A stretch of 64,000 bases of DNA from Candidatus Zixiibacteriota bacterium. Its GTDB lineage: Bacteria; Zixibacteria; MSB-5A5; GN15; FEB-12. The stretch is taken from positions 16,449 to 80,448 of the forward strand of contig JBFMGC010000001.1 of assembly GCA_040752815.1 (NCBI GenBank). The letters run 5' to 3'. This document shows positions 7,141 through 15,395 of this stretch, in pieces. Both the position numbers and the translations under genes were made by a program. Positions within the stretch are counted from its first letter, which is position 1, and the number at the start of each line of letters is the position of its first letter. A model generated the notes under the pieces. It was not told the DNA's origin and ran no database searches. It saw only the letters and a list, made by a program, of their open reading frames with translations.

Positions 7141-8850
7141 TCAATTGAAAGCGCCTGAGAAGAAGAGCACGAGTACGATAGTGATAGCGAGGATTGCGCC
7201 GGCAGCGACCAACATCCACGGCGGCACCGACTGCTTTTCGGGCTGGATCGGCGCAACCTGAGTTTGCTCGCGGCGAAGCGCGATCTGTCTGCGCTTATCA
7301 AACTCCTCGTAGTCGAGCTGCATCTCGCCCATCGCATGGTAACGCTGGTTGGGTCGAATTGCCAGCAGCCGCGTGAGTATCTTCTGGATCTCATCGGGTA
7401 ATTGGCCGGCTATGTCGTCCAATCGAAGTGTACCGGAGGCGTCGTACGTGGGGGCCCGCCCGGCTAACAGTTGGTGAAGAATGACACCAATGGCGTAGAT
7501 ATCGCCTAGTTTCGACTGTTTCCGTTCCGGCGGCCCGTACCAATTCTTGCCGGGGGTGGCTTCATAGTGAGCGGGGAGACCAAAATCGGCAATCTTGACT
7601 GTGTCGTCGGCGTCGAACAGGATATTCGATGGTCTCAGGTTGCCGTGCACGATGTTGTTCTTGTGGGCGAAATCAAGTCCGGCGGCGATTTGGAGGCCGA
7701 TGGCGATCGCTTTTTCCCAGTCGTACTTGCGGACCATCCGCTCCGCCAGCGATCCGCCCTGGGCGTAGTCGGACACTACGACAGTATGTTTGAGATCACC
7801 GCCCGAGCCGAGAATGTTATTGATGTTCTTGTGCTTGAGCGTGGTCAGCAGCTTCGCTTCCTTGCGACCGATTTCTCCTCGAGTATGCTTCTTAATCACG
7901 TACAGCCGCTTGTTGACCTTATTCTCAACGAGAATAGTCGACGCGAACTTGTTCTCCTTGATTGTGTCCAGATACTGGCAGTGCCCCACAAACGACTCGA
8001 CATCGGCCACCGCGTAATCGGAGGTCCGCTTCATCGTTGTGCCGCCGCCTATTGCGTTCAAAATCGCGTTCTTGAGATCGTTGGCCGACTGGAAGCGGTC
8101 TTTCGGTTCCGGGGCGAGGCATTTTTGGACGAGATGATCGTACTCGGGAGGATTCGATGGATCGAGCTCCGACGGCATCTTGAACCGTCCCAGCGGCTTC
8201 TTATCGGTGAGGATTTCGTAAACAATGACGCCGAGCGCATAGATATCGGTGGTCTGGTCGACATTGGTGCTGCTGATTTTCTGCTCGGGCGACATATAGG
8301 CCAGGGTGCCCATGACCATGTCCGAGGCGGTCACCTCCCCCTCGCCGGAAGTCACGATCTGGGCAATCCCGAAATCAGCCACCATCGGGTTGCCTTCGCG
8401 ATCGATCAGGATATTGGCCGGCTTTATATCGCGGTGGATAACGCCGTTCTTGTGAGCGTAGTCCAGCGCTTTGCAGATCTGGGCCACCATCTCGAGCTTG
8501 GTGCGGCGGGGAATCTTGGTCGAGTCCATTACTTCGCGGAGCGAGGTTCCGTCGACATACTCCATCACGAAGTAGTAGCGATTGCCGGCTTTCCCCTTGT
8601 CGATTACATGCACGATATTGGGATGGTTCAGGCGGGCAATGACCACCGATTCGCGTTCAAAGCGACGAAGAACCTCGGAATCGTTGCAGAACCGGGCAAA
8701 CAGGATTTTGATGGCTACATCACGGTTGAGCGATTCCTGGCGCGCTCGGAAAATCTCCGCGATACCCCCCTGACCGATCTTGCCGGTGAGAACGTACGGC
8801 CCGATTCTGACTTCTTTGGTCTGAGTTTGTATTTCGGCCACCTGGGTCAT
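7141..8850 (-). CDS. Membrane-anchored Ser/Thr protein kinase with a second, degenerate (pseudokinase-like) kinase domain
   Basis: Domain 1: GQGGIAEIF, VAIKIL, HRDIKPANILI, DFG, GTLAYMSPE. Domain 2: YVIKK, HGNLRPSNILF (catalytic Asp replaced by Asn), DFG, no Gly-rich loop. C-terminal TM VPPWMLVAAGAILAITIVLVLFF. Start taken at ATG 8850 (MTQV) behind GGGAG; the ORF opens at 8871, inside the upstream terminator T-tract. Confidence 0.85.
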   Translation of the reverse strand: MTQVAEIQTQTKEVRIGPYVLTGKIGQGGIAEIFRARQESLNRDVAIKILFARFCNDSEVLRRFERESVVIARLNHPNIVHVIDKGKAGNRYYFVMEYVDGTSLREVMDSTKIPRRTKLEMVAQICKALDYAHKNGVIHRDIKPANILIDREGNPMVADFGIAQIVTSGEGEVTASDMVMGTLAYMSPEQKISSTNVDQTTDIYALGVIVYEILTDKKPLGRFKMPSELDPSNPPEYDHLVQKCLAPEPKDRFQSANDLKNAILNAIGGGTTMKRTSDYAVADVESFVGHCQYLDTIKENKFASTILVENKVNKRLYVIKKHTRGEIGRKEAKLLTTLKHKNINNILGSGGDLKHTVVVSDYAQGGSLAERMVRKYDWEKAIAIGLQIAAGLDFAHKNNIVHGNLRPSNILFDADDTVKIADFGLPAHYEATPGKNWYGPPERKQSKLGDIYAIGVILHQLLAGRAPTYDASGTLRLDDIAGQLPDEIQKILTRLLAIRPNQRYHAMGEMQLDYEEFDKRRQIALRREQTQVAPIQPEKQSVPPWMLVAAGAILAITIVLVLFFSGAFN

Positions 8851-8865
8851 TCCGACTCCCATATG

Positions 8866-8906
8866 CCCCAAAAAACAACGGGGACAGCGCGTAAACGCTG
8901 TCCCCG
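8866..8906 (-). terminator. Intrinsic terminator after the cohesin-like/T9SS gene
   Basis: An 11-bp stem CGGGGACAGCG/CGCTGTCCCCG (8879-8889 / 8896-8906) with a 6-nt loop. On the minus strand it is followed by TTGTTTTTTGGGG. Confidence 0.8.
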
Positions 8907-8934
8907 TAGGTATCGGCAGAACGGGCCGGTTCGT

Positions 8935-9792
8935 TTATTTAACGAGCATCATTTTGCGCGTCGCTGTACCGCCATCGTGGCTTAGGCGGTAGAAGTAGAT
9001 GCCCGATGGCAGCTTACCGCCGTCGAATTCGTACGTGTAGACGCCCGGATCACGGTGCCCTTCAAAAAGCAGTGCAACTTCCTGTCCCAAAATGTTGAAG
9101 ACCTGGAGCCGTACGCTTCCCGCCCGAGGCAATGCGTAGCGAATAATAGTAGTCGGGTTGAACGGGTTGGGGTAGTTCTGATCGAGAGCGAACTCAGTCG
9201 GCAGCAGGCCGTTGCCGGTCTCATCGTCAACCCCGGTGGGCAGCAGCACTTCAACATAGCCCGGAGTGAAATCCGGCAGGTAGACTCCGGTGCCGGTGTT
9301 ATCGGCAACATCGATTCGGGTGTAAATGTGGATATTGCTGCCCAGTAAGCTGTCGGCGTAAATCGAATCGATCGCCACCCGCTGAGGAGTGGCCGACGTT
9401 GCCACCCTGAAATGCAGCACCGCCACGATGCCGTTGGTGAAGCTGAGCGACGGCAGAGGGTAGACCATGTCGTTGGGTAGCACGGTTATTCGCGCGGTAC
9501 GCGCCGTGTTGTCGATCACATAATACCCGGAGAAGTCGGGACTCCAGATCGTACCCCCCAGAGATACGGAATCAAGCGTGAGCGCGGAACTGGAGAACTT
9601 GAGCGGCAGGGTGATCGCGGAAATGGCGATGTCGTTGTTTCGCAGCCAGACATTAACGGCCACGGACTCGGTCGGCTTGGCCCGGGCCGAGTCGACTGTG
9701 ACCACTCCGTTATACGGCAGTTGGGCGACCACAGCGTCCGTGATCCCGAGAGTTAGGGCGAAGACGATTATTGCCGTTAGCGTTCTTCTCAT
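8935..9792 (-). CDS. Secreted cohesin-like domain protein with T9SS (Por) C-terminal sorting domain
   Basis: C-terminus NYPNPFNPTTIIRYALPRAGSVRLQVFNILGQEVALLFEG..GIYFYRLSHDGGTATRKMMLVK is a classic T9SS CTD. N-terminal domain VVTVDSARAKPTESVAVNVWLRNNDIAISAITLPLKFSSSALTLDSVSLGG..NGIVAVLHFRV shows a cohesin-like pattern. Start ATG 9792 (MRRTLTAIIVFALTL) follows GGAAAGAG. Confidence 0.8.
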   Translation of the reverse strand: MRRTLTAIIVFALTLGITDAVVAQLPYNGVVTVDSARAKPTESVAVNVWLRNNDIAISAITLPLKFSSSALTLDSVSLGGTIWSPDFSGYYVIDNTARTARITVLPNDMVYPLPSLSFTNGIVAVLHFRVATSATPQRVAIDSIYADSLLGSNIHIYTRIDVADNTGTGVYLPDFTPGYVEVLLPTGVDDETGNGLLPTEFALDQNYPNPFNPTTIIRYALPRAGSVRLQVFNILGQEVALLFEGHRDPGVYTYEFDGGKLPSGIYFYRLSHDGGTATRKMMLVK

Positions 9793-10076
9793 ACTCTTTC
9801 CTTTCGCAACGCAGCAGGGCTTGCTTTGATGCCACCGACCGACCATCCACAACTCGGCCTGACTGGCTTTGCGCAAAGCCCGTGCCGCGCCCGACCACGC
9901 AGCGAGACCGGTCCGACGCTTCGTCAGAGGCCACGACCAACCCGCCTAACCGCCTGAAACAAGGCGGCTTAGACCGAGGCGCGAAACTCTGTACGAGCCT
10001 TGATCAACGCGCTTTAATATACGGCCTTGCGACAGAAATAGGCAGAGATTTTCTCACCTGCCTGGCCGCTGCGAGA

Positions 10077-11549
10077 CTATTCCGCCCGAACATTCACGAA
10101 AAGAGTCTGTCCAAAGCGCCAGACGAGAAGGACGACTTCTGACGGCCCGCCCGCTTCGAGCGCAGTCATCGCCGCTGCGAAATCACCCACTGATGCGACT
10201 TCCTGATCGTTGACGCGCTGGATGACATCGCCAGGCGACAGCCCGGATACGTCGGCCCGCCCGCCGAGCTGCAGCTTGGTCACGACTACGCCGGTGAGAG
10301 ATTGCTGCTCGACATTGTAACCGACATAGTCGGAAAACACGAGGTCGCGCACTGTCAGTTCGAACGGTTTGTATTCGAAATCAGCGGCATCGGCGGCCGC
10401 CAGCGGGGCCGCAGCAAGCACCGCGAGAACGGTAAGCGTATCGAGTCGGTCGTTGTCCGGGCGAATGACGGTTAATTCAACCGGCGCGCCGACTCCTATG
10501 TTGGCGACCTCTCTCTGAAACACCGAAAGCTCTTCCTCACGATCGACCTCGACCCGTCGCCCGTTGACAGCGTAGATTATGTCGCCGACACCCAGCCCGC
10601 AGGCAGCCGCTGGGGAGCCAGGTACAACTTCGTTGACTATGATCCCACCCGGTGAGCCGAGCCGGAGGAAATCAGCAATGTCCTGGGTGAGCGCCTGCAT
10701 GGTGATGCCGAGCCACGAGCGGGCGGCCTGCCCGCGACGGGGTGGATTGGCAATCAGAGGTCTTAATCGTTCAGCAGTGACCACTCCAAACAGGGGAATC
10801 TCCATGCGGTCGAAAGATTCCATCCGGCCGGGATCGGAGGAGCGTCCCGAGGGGTCGTCCAGACGCCCCAGCAGTCCCACCGGGTTGAGACGTTCATCGA
10901 AGAGCACTGATCCAAGTTCGAGCGGGCTGAAACCGACAATGAGCGGGAATACCTCCGGGTCGGTGATTACCGATGAGATCATGCCTATGTCCGCCGCGAT
11001 CGGAGGATCGACGAACTCCGGCAACAACGCATGAGTGGCAACCCAACTTCCGACCGGAAACCGGCTCGCAGGCGAAAACTTGACAGGCGAGAACCTGCGG
11101 CCTGCGCCCGTAATCTGCGCGAAGGCCAACCCGGTGTAGGAATCAACTCCTACGTATTCGGCCATGTATTCCTTCTTATCCAGTGTCGTCACCCTGATGC
11201 GCCGGGGCGTGGAGCGGAAGACCATTCCGCCTGTCGGCACAAACGGGTTGGCCTCACTTAGAAAGCCGCCGTCGAAGACAATCAGACCATCCTCGCGCAC
11301 AATCGTACCGAGCAGCCGCTCCTCCTGTTCGTTAACTTCGGTCCCAAACGAATACTCCACCTGGATGGTCAGGATGACCGTGTACGGAACTATGCGCTGC
11401 TGCAAACGGGCAAAATCAAACGACTGAGCGTACGACTCGGGGGCCAACAGCAATCCCACGCCACACGCAAGGGCAACGGCGCTGGTAACCATCGATACTG
11501 GACTTGATGACACATTACTCATTGGTTTGCTCCGCGCCGGCGAGTTCAA
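10077..11549 (-). CDS. HtrA-like periplasmic protein with two PDZ domains and a degenerate (probably inactive) protease domain
   Basis: PDZ 1: SWLGITMQALTQDIADFLRLGSPGGIIVNEVVPGSPAA; PDZ 2: TGVVVTKLQLGGRADVSGLSPGDVIQRVND. The trypsin-fold region lacks the His (TIVREDGLIVFDGGFL), the Asp (TGLAFAQI) and the GNSGGP motif (ELGSVLFDERL). The start is uncertain: TTG 11549, ATG 11522 or ATG 11492. Confidence 0.7.
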   Translation of the reverse strand: MNSPARSKPMSNVSSSPVSMVTSAVALACGVGLLLAPESYAQSFDFARLQQRIVPYTVILTIQVEYSFGTEVNEQEERLLGTIVREDGLIVFDGGFLSEANPFVPTGGMVFRSTPRRIRVTTLDKKEYMAEYVGVDSYTGLAFAQITGAGRRFSPVKFSPASRFPVGSWVATHALLPEFVDPPIAADIGMISSVITDPEVFPLIVGFSPLELGSVLFDERLNPVGLLGRLDDPSGRSSDPGRMESFDRMEIPLFGVVTAERLRPLIANPPRRGQAARSWLGITMQALTQDIADFLRLGSPGGIIVNEVVPGSPAAACGLGVGDIIYAVNGRRVEVDREEELSVFQREVANIGVGAPVELTVIRPDNDRLDTLTVLAVLAAAPLAAADAADFEYKPFELTVRDLVFSDYVGYNVEQQSLTGVVVTKLQLGGRADVSGLSPGDVIQRVNDQEVASVGDFAAAMTALEAGGPSEVVLLVWRFGQTLFVNVRAE

Positions 11550-12888
11550 GGTTAAGCACGACTATCCGCGTAGCCCCGCTGCGTTTGACAGTCAGCATGA
11601 CTTTGCGGTCGCCGGCCTCGATAAGCTGATTGTATCGAATTACCAGTGAGTCAAGATTCTCAACCGGCTCACGATTGATCGCCTGCAGGACGTCACCCTG
11701 GTTCAGTCCGCCCAGGTCCGCCGGGCCGACCCTCCTGACACCGGTGACAAACACACCGGCCGAATCCCGCAATTGGTGGCTGATCTGCATCTGACGCGTA
11801 ATATCTCGAACCGTAAAGCCCCACTTGGCACACTCGAAATCCTCGCCCTGCAATTGGCCGAGCGGACGGGTCAGCACCGTGACCTGGCGCTCCTGCACGC
11901 CGCGGAGGATCTTGAGCGTGATCGCGGTGCCGGGCGCATGGCTGGCTATGCTGTTGTAGAAAGCGGGAAGTTCCTCAACGAAACGGGCCGAGACCGGTCG
12001 GCCGTCGATCTCGAGTATGATATCGCCGGCCATCAGCGACGCCTCGACAGCGGGCGAACCCGGATCTATCGAGGCAATCAGAACGCCGCGATTGTGGTCG
12101 GTGCCGAAGTAATCTTCCAGCTCCTGGAGGGCCTGAGCGGTAACACCAATCCAGCTCCGCGTGACATGGCCGTCATTCAGAATGGCTTTGGTCACTTCCT
12201 TCACGACGTTTACGGGAATGGCAAAGCCGAGGTTGTTGGCCATGAAAGTAGCGCGCGAGTTGATGCCGATCACACGACCCGATAGATCGACCAGCGGGCC
12301 GCCGGAGTTGCCGAAGTTGATGGCGGCGTCGGTCTGAATCCATAGATTGTAGCGGCCGGTTTTCTCGCCCGACGGAAGCCGGTATTCGCCTGAGAAGTAG
12401 CGGTCCTTGGTAGAGATCACGCCCGCCGAAACCGACCGGGCCAGTGAGAGTGGCGAGCCCATCGCAAGCACTTGCTGGCCAGCCTGGACCGAATCGGAAT
12501 TGCCGAGTACGGCAGCCTCGATCTTTCCCTTGTAATCGTTCAGACGGAGCTTAAGAACGGCTATATCGGTGGCCGGATCGCCCCCGACATAATCGGCCGA
12601 GAGCTGCTCCCGGTTGCTGAGCGTGCAGATAATCCGCTTGGCCTTGCCGGCCACGTGATAGTTCGTAACGACATAACCGTCGGGGTGAAATATCACCCCC
12701 GATCCCACCACCGCCTGTTTCTTCAATTGGCCGGTGCGGTAGTCTTCGACCACCGGCTGGATGTGCACCAGCGCGGGCATGACCCGGTCACGGGCCAGAT
12801 ATACCTGCTCCTGATAGGTGGCTGCAACACCACTCGGTGCGGCAAACAACATTATGCCCACCGGCACAAGCGATAAAACTCGTTTCAT
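11515..12888 (-). CDS. htrA: Periplasmic serine endoprotease HtrA/DegP/DegQ family (protease plus 2 PDZ)
   Basis: Catalytic triad motifs VVTNYHVA, DIAVLKL and GNSGGPLVD, plus two PDZ domains. ATG 12888 follows AAGGAG; N-terminus MKRVLSLVPVGIMLFAAPSGVAA. Confidence 0.92.
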   Translation of the reverse strand: MKRVLSLVPVGIMLFAAPSGVAATYQEQVYLARDRVMPALVHIQPVVEDYRTGQLKKQAVVGSGVIFHPDGYVVTNYHVAGKAKRIICTLSNREQLSADYVGGDPATDIAVLKLRLNDYKGKIEAAVLGNSDSVQAGQQVLAMGSPLSLARSVSAGVISTKDRYFSGEYRLPSGEKTGRYNLWIQTDAAINFGNSGGPLVDLSGRVIGINSRATFMANNLGFAIPVNVVKEVTKAILNDGHVTRSWIGVTAQALQELEDYFGTDHNRGVLIASIDPGSPAVEASLMAGDIILEIDGRPVSARFVEELPAFYNSIASHAPGTAITLKILRGVQERQVTVLTRPLGQLQGEDFECAKWGFTVRDITRQMQISHQLRDSAGVFVTGVRRVGPADLGGLNQGDVLQAINREPVENLDSLVIRYNQLIEAGDRKVMLTVKRSGATRIVVLNLELAGAEQTNE

Positions 12889-13111
12889 CTGACTCCTTGT
12901 CTGGTGGCACGCCCAACACAGTCCTAGAACCACCCAAGCGTAGCCGACCGATCCACGCAGGTCAACAACAGATGTCTCCGGTGTCGGTTCCCGTAGGCTT
13001 TATACACGGATTTGAGCGAAATTGGATAAGCCGGCGCCGCGAGTTCCGCCCGAGCGGACAGGTGAAGCGTTCCCCCCCGAGACACGCACATTTGAGGGGC
13101 CAACCGCGGTA

Positions 13112-13972
13112 CTACCGCTTGGCGTGGATGTCAATCGATCCCATGGCTACGTCGGCGGAAATGACAATGCGATCCGTCGCGGTATCGAAATCTTCCGTCT
13201 CCCAGACCCCGTCCCGGACCTTTTCCAGGTCTATACCGCGGAAACCGATATCGGAGAACCAGTGGTCATCGCCTTCCACCCTCACGGCCGTACCCTTCGA
13301 GACAATCACGTCCATCGAACCCATCCCCACGCTGATATCGAGGCTGACCTCGCCTTTGATGTCCCCGCGAAGGTCGATCTCACAAGAACCGACACCGACA
13401 TCGAATTCCATCAACCGCGCATTTGCGTTGGCAAGACCTGTAATTTCGAGTGCCGACGCGCCGCAATCGACTTTGAAATCGTCAATCTCTTTTGGATTGG
13501 GCGCGGAGAAGTCTATTTCCAGATCGGCGGCGCCGATATCGAGCGAAAATCCGGTCAGGGGAACGCCGCCCAGGTCCATCCTCGCCTCGCACGCGCCGAT
13601 GTCTATTTCGAGCGACACGGGGATTTTTCTTGATAACTGGACGGTCCATTCATTCTCCGAGTCGTCGTCGTCGCCCCAGCCGCGACGGCGCTCGCTTTCC
13701 AGATACACTATACACTTATCGCCTCTGACCGTTTTGTCCACGTCATAGCGAACGGCATCCGGGGTGTAATATATATCGAGCTTCACCAGATCGGTGATGT
13801 CCGCAGGAACGAGAGCGATGGTTCCGGCAGCGAAATCGAGTCGGACCTCCGCCTGGTGGCAGTCATCAGCCGTAACCACCTCAGTGACTCGCTCCGGGCG
13901 GTCCGCATGCACCCAACCCGCGGTTGCCAGACAAAAAGCAGCACTGAGAAACGCCGATTTCAAAGTGACCAT
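13112..13972 (-). CDS. Secreted toastrack-type (DUF2154/DUF4097-like, LiaF C-terminal-like) beta-repeat protein
   Basis: Signal peptide, then repeats LEIDIGACEARMDLGG, LDIGAADLEIDF, VDCGASALEITGL, FDVGVGSCEIDLRGD and LDISVGMGSMDVIV. AAGGAGA lies 7 nt before the ATG. Confidence 0.6.
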   Translation of the reverse strand: MVTLKSAFLSAAFCLATAGWVHADRPERVTEVVTADDCHQAEVRLDFAAGTIALVPADITDLVKLDIYYTPDAVRYDVDKTVRGDKCIVYLESERRRGWGDDDDSENEWTVQLSRKIPVSLEIDIGACEARMDLGGVPLTGFSLDIGAADLEIDFSAPNPKEIDDFKVDCGASALEITGLANANARLMEFDVGVGSCEIDLRGDIKGEVSLDISVGMGSMDVIVSKGTAVRVEGDDHWFSDIGFRGIDLEKVRDGVWETEDFDTATDRIVISADVAMGSIDIHAKR

Positions 13973-14042
13973 TAGCCCATCTCCTTAAACCACAGCACCG
14001 ATGTGTCCATGTTAAGTTTACTGGAGCGGGAGGGAATTTGTT

Positions 14043-15365
14043 TCAGTTTTCCGGGGAATCGGGTGGCCCGAATGCTGAGGGATCGGAAGGCATCGGACGG
14101 ATTGGCGGACGGGGCGTACGGGGCTCAACCGGGGGCATGGCCTCCGGCATGGGTGGCGGCGCGGGAGCGGGGGCAGGCTCAGGGTGCCGAGTGGCCGTGG
14201 ACGTTCGCTTCACATACGGCCGACCACCCATCCGGGTCATCACGGCGGCGCCGATTCCGGCCAAAAGCGGGTAGCAGGTTAAAATGATGGATATGACAAG
14301 CAGAAAGACGCTCAGCGCGTCCGCCGCCAGCCAGTGTCCCGAGGCTGCACCCAGCATAAACGCGGTGAGAGTCCAGAGGCCGACATAGAAAGCCACTCCC
14401 GCCAGCGATCCCAGCCAGGTTCCGGGGGCGTGGCGGCCAAGACGTCGCGCTGCGAACGTGTACACCTGCATGCCAACCGCGCACATACCGACCGCGAACG
14501 CCACGAAGTACGCCAGCGGTACGAGCCACACTACGAGCAGACCGACTACGGTGAGGCATACCAGGGTCACGATTATCGGCAAGAGGAATAGGAACAGCAA
14601 CCCCATGAAGCTGGATTTAACCGGGTGGTTCTCGATGCATTCGGTGAAATTGGCCACACGCATGGGCGCCAGGGACAGAGTAAGGAAGGCTATCAGCAGG
14701 ATGCCAATGCTGATTCCGAACACCACCCAGATTCCGGCCATGGAAAAACCGGAGGCAATTACGTCCACCGGAATCTCGTACGTGGGAGTTTCGATCACCC
14801 GGCCGAGGACCACCCCCCCCTCGCGAATCTCCACCTGGGGAGCCTGGACATCGCCGTCGACCTGCCCGGTCGACGCAATCAGCACCGCCTTACTGAATGA
14901 CTGCACCTTCCCTTTGACCCAGCCTTTTACTGTTACCCGGCTATAGGCCACGATGTCGCCGTCGACAAATTCGTCATAGCCAACGTAAACTGCGGTAAGC
15001 GCGGGGTAGTCGACCACCTTCCGCTCGGTGCAGCGCACGGCCACCGGCGGAACGACTTCATCGCGATCGCCGGCTTCCCGGCCCCCGGCCTCGGAACCAG
15101 CCTCGAGGGGAGCAGAAACAAACCGATGTCTCTCAAAATCGTAGGCCCAGCGCCCGCCGGCGCTGTCGTAAGCGATTACGCCCTCGGCAGTCAATTCGAT
15201 TTCGACGAATCTCAGGGCTGATGGAGAGGAAGGCGCCGGGCGCGGCTCAGGCCGGACGTCCACAAATCCGGTGTCACCCGACTCCTGCCCGTACGCGGGC
15301 ATGGCCCCTATCAGTAGGGCAAGCAGCACCGATATGAAAGTGAATTTGCCTGAGCCGGGCCTCAT
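14043..15365 (-). CDS. Membrane protein with periplasmic bactofilin-like (polymer-forming cytoskeletal, DUF583-like) domain, about 5 TM helices and a Pro-rich tail
   Basis: DGDIVAYSRVTVKGWVKGKVQSFSKAVLIASTGQVDGDVQAPQVEIREGGVVLGRV resembles a bactofilin beta-helix. Hydrophobic helices follow. The tail is PEPAPAPAPPPMPEAMPPVEPRTPRPPIRPMP. Confidence 0.55.
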   Translation of the reverse strand: MRPGSGKFTFISVLLALLIGAMPAYGQESGDTGFVDVRPEPRPAPSSPSALRFVEIELTAEGVIAYDSAGGRWAYDFERHRFVSAPLEAGSEAGGREAGDRDEVVPPVAVRCTERKVVDYPALTAVYVGYDEFVDGDIVAYSRVTVKGWVKGKVQSFSKAVLIASTGQVDGDVQAPQVEIREGGVVLGRVIETPTYEIPVDVIASGFSMAGIWVVFGISIGILLIAFLTLSLAPMRVANFTECIENHPVKSSFMGLLFLFLLPIIVTLVCLTVVGLLVVWLVPLAYFVAFAVGMCAVGMQVYTFAARRLGRHAPGTWLGSLAGVAFYVGLWTLTAFMLGAASGHWLAADALSVFLLVISIILTCYPLLAGIGAAVMTRMGGRPYVKRTSTATRHPEPAPAPAPPPMPEAMPPVEPRTPRPPIRPMPSDPSAFGPPDSPEN

Positions 15366-15395
15366 GGTTACACCAGTCCTATGTGTAAACCGAAG

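Noticed and set aside
9771-10142. 123-aa plus-strand ORF in the gap between the degenerate htrA gene and the cohesin-like gene.
   Set aside because: It spans an intergenic region and runs antisense into the neighbouring gene's end. It has a Pro/Arg/Ser-rich composition. The region is better explained by hairpins, for example AGGCAG..CTGCCT at 10040-10063 acting as a weak minus-strand terminator.
13021-13047. ECF-type promoter (GGAACTC-N16-CCAAT, minus strand) upstream of htrA. A second GGAACC lies near 12985.
   Set aside because: The -35 resembles GGAACTT, but the -10 does not match any ECF consensus I know, and the second site has too short a spacer. It cannot be supported without the sigma factor's own motif.
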